A stretch of 62,070 bases of DNA, counting the filler, from Planctomycetota bacterium (GTDB taxonomy: Bacteria > Planctomycetota > Planctomycetia > JALXBF01): the NCBI GenBank assembly GCA_026991575.1. It is 4 parts of 4 records of this genome, joined end to end, with 100 filler letters (N's around TTAATTAATTAA, not from the genome) between each part and the next. Parts side by side here need not be neighbours in the genome. Positions count along the whole stretch, not along the records: positions 43,659 to 62,070 come from JALXBF010000094.1; 3 more parts are not named here. The stretch is one strand, 5' to 3'. Both the position numbers and the translations under genes were made by a program. Under the pieces are notes generated by a model. It did no database searches and was not told the DNA's origin. It saw only the letters and a program-made list of their open reading frames with translations. Within the stretch, counting starts at the first letter, position 1. The number at the start of each line of letters is the position of its first letter. Below are positions 58,958 to 62,070 of this stretch, one piece after another.

Positions 58958-59971
58958 TCAAGCGGCCTGCCGGATCTCGTCGGGAATCAGGCTGATCACA
59001 TCCGTGATGTCGACGATGCCCACGGGCTTGCCATCGTCGTCCAGCACCGGTAGTTGGCTGTACTTGCCTGCTGACAGCAGCTCCACAGCGTCGCGCACGG
59101 TCGCGGAACAGTGGATTGTCCTGGGGGACCTGGTCATCACCGCATCAATTGGCAGCCCCAGCGGATCGTCGTGCTGCTGGCCGAGCAGCCGGACCAGGTC
59201 ACCGTCGGTGAAGATGCCGCGCAGGCGGCCGGAGCCGTCGACGATCAGGATCGCGCCCGTGCGCCGACCGGGGCGATGGGCTTCGATGATCGCCTCGCGA
59301 ACAGACCGGCCCGTGTGAGCGATCCGCATGGCGTTCCCGGTCCGCATGATGGTGCGCACCGATGAAGAGAGCTTGCCGAGGCTGCCAGCCGGGTGGAACG
59401 CGGCGAACTGCTCGGGGGCAAATCGCCTGGCTTTACTCAGCGCAAAAGCCAGCGCGTCGCCGACTGCCATCATCGCGGTCGTCGACGTGCTGGGGGCCAG
59501 GCCGAGCGGGCAGGCTTCGGCCAGCGTGCCGAGGACGATCGCGATGTCCGCGCCGCGAGCCAGCTGAGACTGTCCCCGGCCGGTGATGGCGATCAGCGGG
59601 GCACCGAGCCGTCGGATCGGCTCGATCAGCCGTACCACCTCCTCAGTCTCGCCACTGTAGGACAAAGCCAGCACGACGTCCTCCCGGCTGATCCGCCCCA
59701 GGTCACCGTGCAGCGCCTCAGCCGGATGCAGCGGGTGGGCCCGCGTACCGGTGGACGCTAGCGTGGCGGCAATCTTCTGGCCAACCAGCCCCGCCTTACC
59801 CATGCCGGTGACAATCACCGAACCGCGGCAGCGGAGGATGGTTTCCACGGCCCGCTCGAATGCTTCATCCAGCCGGTCGCGCACGGCGAGCAGGGCCTCA
59901 GCTTCCGTTTCCAGGACCGTGCGGGCGTAATCGAGATGATCGTATCGAACGCTTCGCCAGTTCTCGGCCAT
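58958..59971 (-). CDS. kdsD: arabinose 5-phosphate isomerase (KpsF/GutQ, SIS + CBS)
   Basis: VTGMGKAG, HPAEALHGDLG, ACPLGLAPSTST, FHPAGSLG, CBS pair; start uncertain. Confidence 0.93.
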   Translation of the reverse strand: MAENWRSVRYDHLDYARTVLETEAEALLAVRDRLDEAFERAVETILRCRGSVIVTGMGKAGLVGQKIAATLASTGTRAHPLHPAEALHGDLGRISREDVVLALSYSGETEEVVRLIEPIRRLGAPLIAITGRGQSQLARGADIAIVLGTLAEACPLGLAPSTSTTAMMAVGDALAFALSKARRFAPEQFAAFHPAGSLGKLSSSVRTIMRTGNAMRIAHTGRSVREAIIEAHRPGRRTGAILIVDGSGRLRGIFTDGDLVRLLGQQHDDPLGLPIDAVMTRSPRTIHCSATVRDAVELLSAGKYSQLPVLDDDGKPVGIVDITDVISLIPDEIRQAA

Positions 59972-60200
59972 GGTCAACGTAGACCTCGCCTCCTGCGCAT
60001 GATTGCTGTCCGACACACCGGCACGCTAGGCCAGCGGTCCGACCGTGTCAACGACGGTTCGGTGGCACGGTGCGTTTCAGGGTTTGCAGCACACCCGGGC
60101 ACGCGGAGGCGGTGCTACGGTCTCGCGCCGTGCCATCAGTTGCGGTGGTGCCCGGCATGGTATTGGTGGCAGACGATTCGGGGGCCGGCGGACCGGGCAG

Positions 60201-60464
60201 CTTCCGTTCAAACGGGCCAGGGGGGGCTTTAGGCCCCCCGGCCGAGGGTTCACTGGGTCGCGCCGGGGATGTCTACTTGAACCTTTTCTTGCCCTCCGGC
60301 CGCGGTTGCGGACCGCGGCGGCTGGGCGGTGTCCCGACCCGTGCCGCGGGCGGTACGCGCCCGCAGCACGGCCTGGCAAGGGGCCTTTTTGCGTCGGGCG
60401 GGCTATTCCATCAACGTTGCGGGTGGGGAGCGTATAGCCGCGCCCACCGGCGCGTTCGACGAAG
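60201..60464. repeat. inverted-repeat-bounded multi-hairpin element, diverged copy 2
   Basis: left arm GGGGGCTTTAGGCCCCCCGGCC...GGTTCACTGGGTCGCGC, right arm GCTATTCCATCAACGTTGCGGGTGGGGAGCGTATAGCC, internal hairpins 60299-60319 and 60339-60371. Confidence 0.65.
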
Positions 60465-61145
60465 CGGCCGGAGCTATCAGCCTCCTGCCCGGGAAATGCT
60501 CCGCTGACACGGCAAGGGTCTCGACCACCGTCTCGCCAGCAAATACAGCGAGCCATCTTCCGTGCCAGGCTGGGCCCAAAAGCTGAAACGTGCCCTCCGT
60601 CGCAACGGGTCCGATGGTTGCGGCCCGGTGTGGGCCCGAGATAGACTAGGGATGCTGAATCGGTGGTCGCTGCGGCACAGCCTGTCGAAGCCCACTCCTC
60701 CAACGGCCTACGGGCGCCGGCGCCGCGGTTGGCCCTTCGGCTCTGCGTTGCCTGGCGGCAACGCATGAGCAAGTGCGGCCCTCGGCCTGCCTCTGTTGTG
60801 TGGGCACACAGGGAGCGGAACCATGGCCAGCCCGCGCCGCGAACGTACTCGGCCCGTGGGCGACGCGCGTGGCCCTTCTGAGCGCACGATACCACTGTGG
60901 CACGAGGAGCGTTGCCGGGAGCAGTCCTGTCGCTGCCACGCGGATTGCTTCCAGCCGTGGGCTAGCCCGCTGAACGCCATTTGCCTGCGTGACCGAGCGG
61001 ACGCTGGGTTTTCAACCCAGCCGCTTCCGCCGGCTAAGACTGCTCGGTACGCATGCCACCTCGAGCAATCGGCACGCGAGTTTCCAGCGGCTCTAACGGT
61101 TTCACCCAACGGGGCGCGTCAGCCACGTCCCCGGGGAGGTCTCTC

Positions 61146-62070
61146 ATGGTTGCTCGCACGCGACGGACTCTTGCCTCTGCGATTGCCCGGGCAGCCCGCG
61201 CAAGTTGCTCAGGCATCCTGGCCAGCGCGCTGCTGCTACAGACCCTGGCCTACGCCGGCCCCATGCTGTATGAGCTGGAGTTCACTCGCAGCGATGGCAC
61301 GAGATTCAAGGTGCCAACCCCCGCCAGGTGGCCGCGCGGCAGCACCATCAATGTGTACATCAGGCCAGACCCTTTCGGGAAGGGCAGGGACCGGCTGCTG
61401 AAAGAAGGTGTCGAGCGCTGGATAAGCCGCATGAAGCCGCGCGGCATTACCATCAAGGTCAAGATAGCCAATCCACCGGCCGGCGCAAAGAACGTCGTCG
61501 ATTTCCAATGGCGGGCAGACGGCCGAATTGACGAGAGGCACGTCCTGGGGCCAGGCCCCAACGAAGAGAGCGCGGTAACGGAGGCTGTTGCGAACTTTCC
61601 GAACACACCCGGAGGAATGGGGCAGATCGAAAGCGCGATCGTCTACGTGCGCCGGCGGCTGCCGCTAAGGGCCAGTAGGCCTGACGACAAGGTATTCATC
61701 CGGAACCTTGCCGAACACGAGATGGTACACGTGTTTGGGTTCCGAGACGAACCGAACGGGTCCGTTAGCAGGCATCGCCAGAGCAGTCGCAACCGCACGC
61801 TAAACGCCATCGACAAGCGCGAACTCAACAGCCTCTACCCACTTGCGTCGCGGGCAGAGGCTCGAGGGAGGCCATCGTTGCTCGAGGTAGACCCTGCGCT
61901 ACGCGTCTTTAAGTATCGCTTCGCCTTTGAACCCGGGGGCGCGGCGCCGCCAAGCCAGGAGCATGTCTCCGTCATTGTGCTCGACATCGAACCGGAGCTG
62001 GTCGCTTCTATCCAGGGACCACCGGGCTGGATCACGATTGCCACTCGCGCTCCGATAAGACCAGACCACC
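61146..62070 (+). CDS. secreted metzincin-like zinc metalloprotease, 3' partial (not in ORF track)
   Basis: GGAGG RBS, signal peptide ending LQTLAYA, HEMVHVFGFRD at 61716, IDKRELNSLY helix; frame open to window end. Confidence 0.8.
   Translation, partial: MVARTRRTLASAIARAARASCSGILASALLLQTLAYAGPMLYELEFTRSDGTRFKVPTPARWPRGSTINVYIRPDPFGKGRDRLLKEGVERWISRMKPRGITIKVKIANPPAGAKNVVDFQWRADGRIDERHVLGPGPNEESAVTEAVANFPNTPGGMGQIESAIVYVRRRLPLRASRPDDKVFIRNLAEHEMVHVFGFRDEPNGSVSRHRQSSRNRTLNAIDKRELNSLYPLASRAEARGRPSLLEVDPALRVFKYRFAFEPGGAAPPSQEHVSVIVLDIEPELVASIQGPPGWITIATRAPIRPDH

Noticed and set aside
1..62070. CRISPR array, tRNA or rRNA genes
   Set aside because: No regularly spaced direct repeats, cloverleaf with T-loop consensus, or rRNA-like sequence seen by eye

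Overview
High-GC bacterial DNA, most likely Planctomycetota (DUF1501 tail, PVC-type heme-binding CxxCH protein, DUF1573-type proteins). The window is four separate contigs joined by three identical artificial 100-bp linkers (44 N + TTAATTAATTAA + 44 N at 19106-19205, 37815-37914, 43559-43658), so adjacency across linkers means nothing. Contig A (1-19105) is housekeeping: fabZ, coaD, cobA-hemD, nth, Hsp20, rpsO-pnp, a kinase/NtrC pair, mutL, mrp, gmhA and ROK. Contig B (19206-37814) is an accessory island. It holds a group II intron fragment, an orphan RHS tip plus a WD40 lipoprotein, a P450, three nested IS layers, a sulfatase pseudogene, and a cluster of a 14-Cys peptide, a membrane-anchored protein, an exported C39 peptidase/Ig-like fusion and a GT-C glycosyltransferase. 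Contig C (37915-43558) has a HEAT-repeat gene and an ORF-less group II intron interrupted by IS1634, which is in turn cut by IS66. Contig D (43659-62070) has exported enzymes, kdsD-kdsC followed by a giant LptC/LptA-like gene, and a partial zinc metalloprotease missing from the ORF track. The two best candidates for undescribed systems are (1) the Cys-rich peptide/C39/GT-C cluster and (2) a non-coding, inverted-repeat-bounded multi-hairpin element found on two contigs, plus a half copy. All family calls come from recognising motifs by eye; no searches were run.
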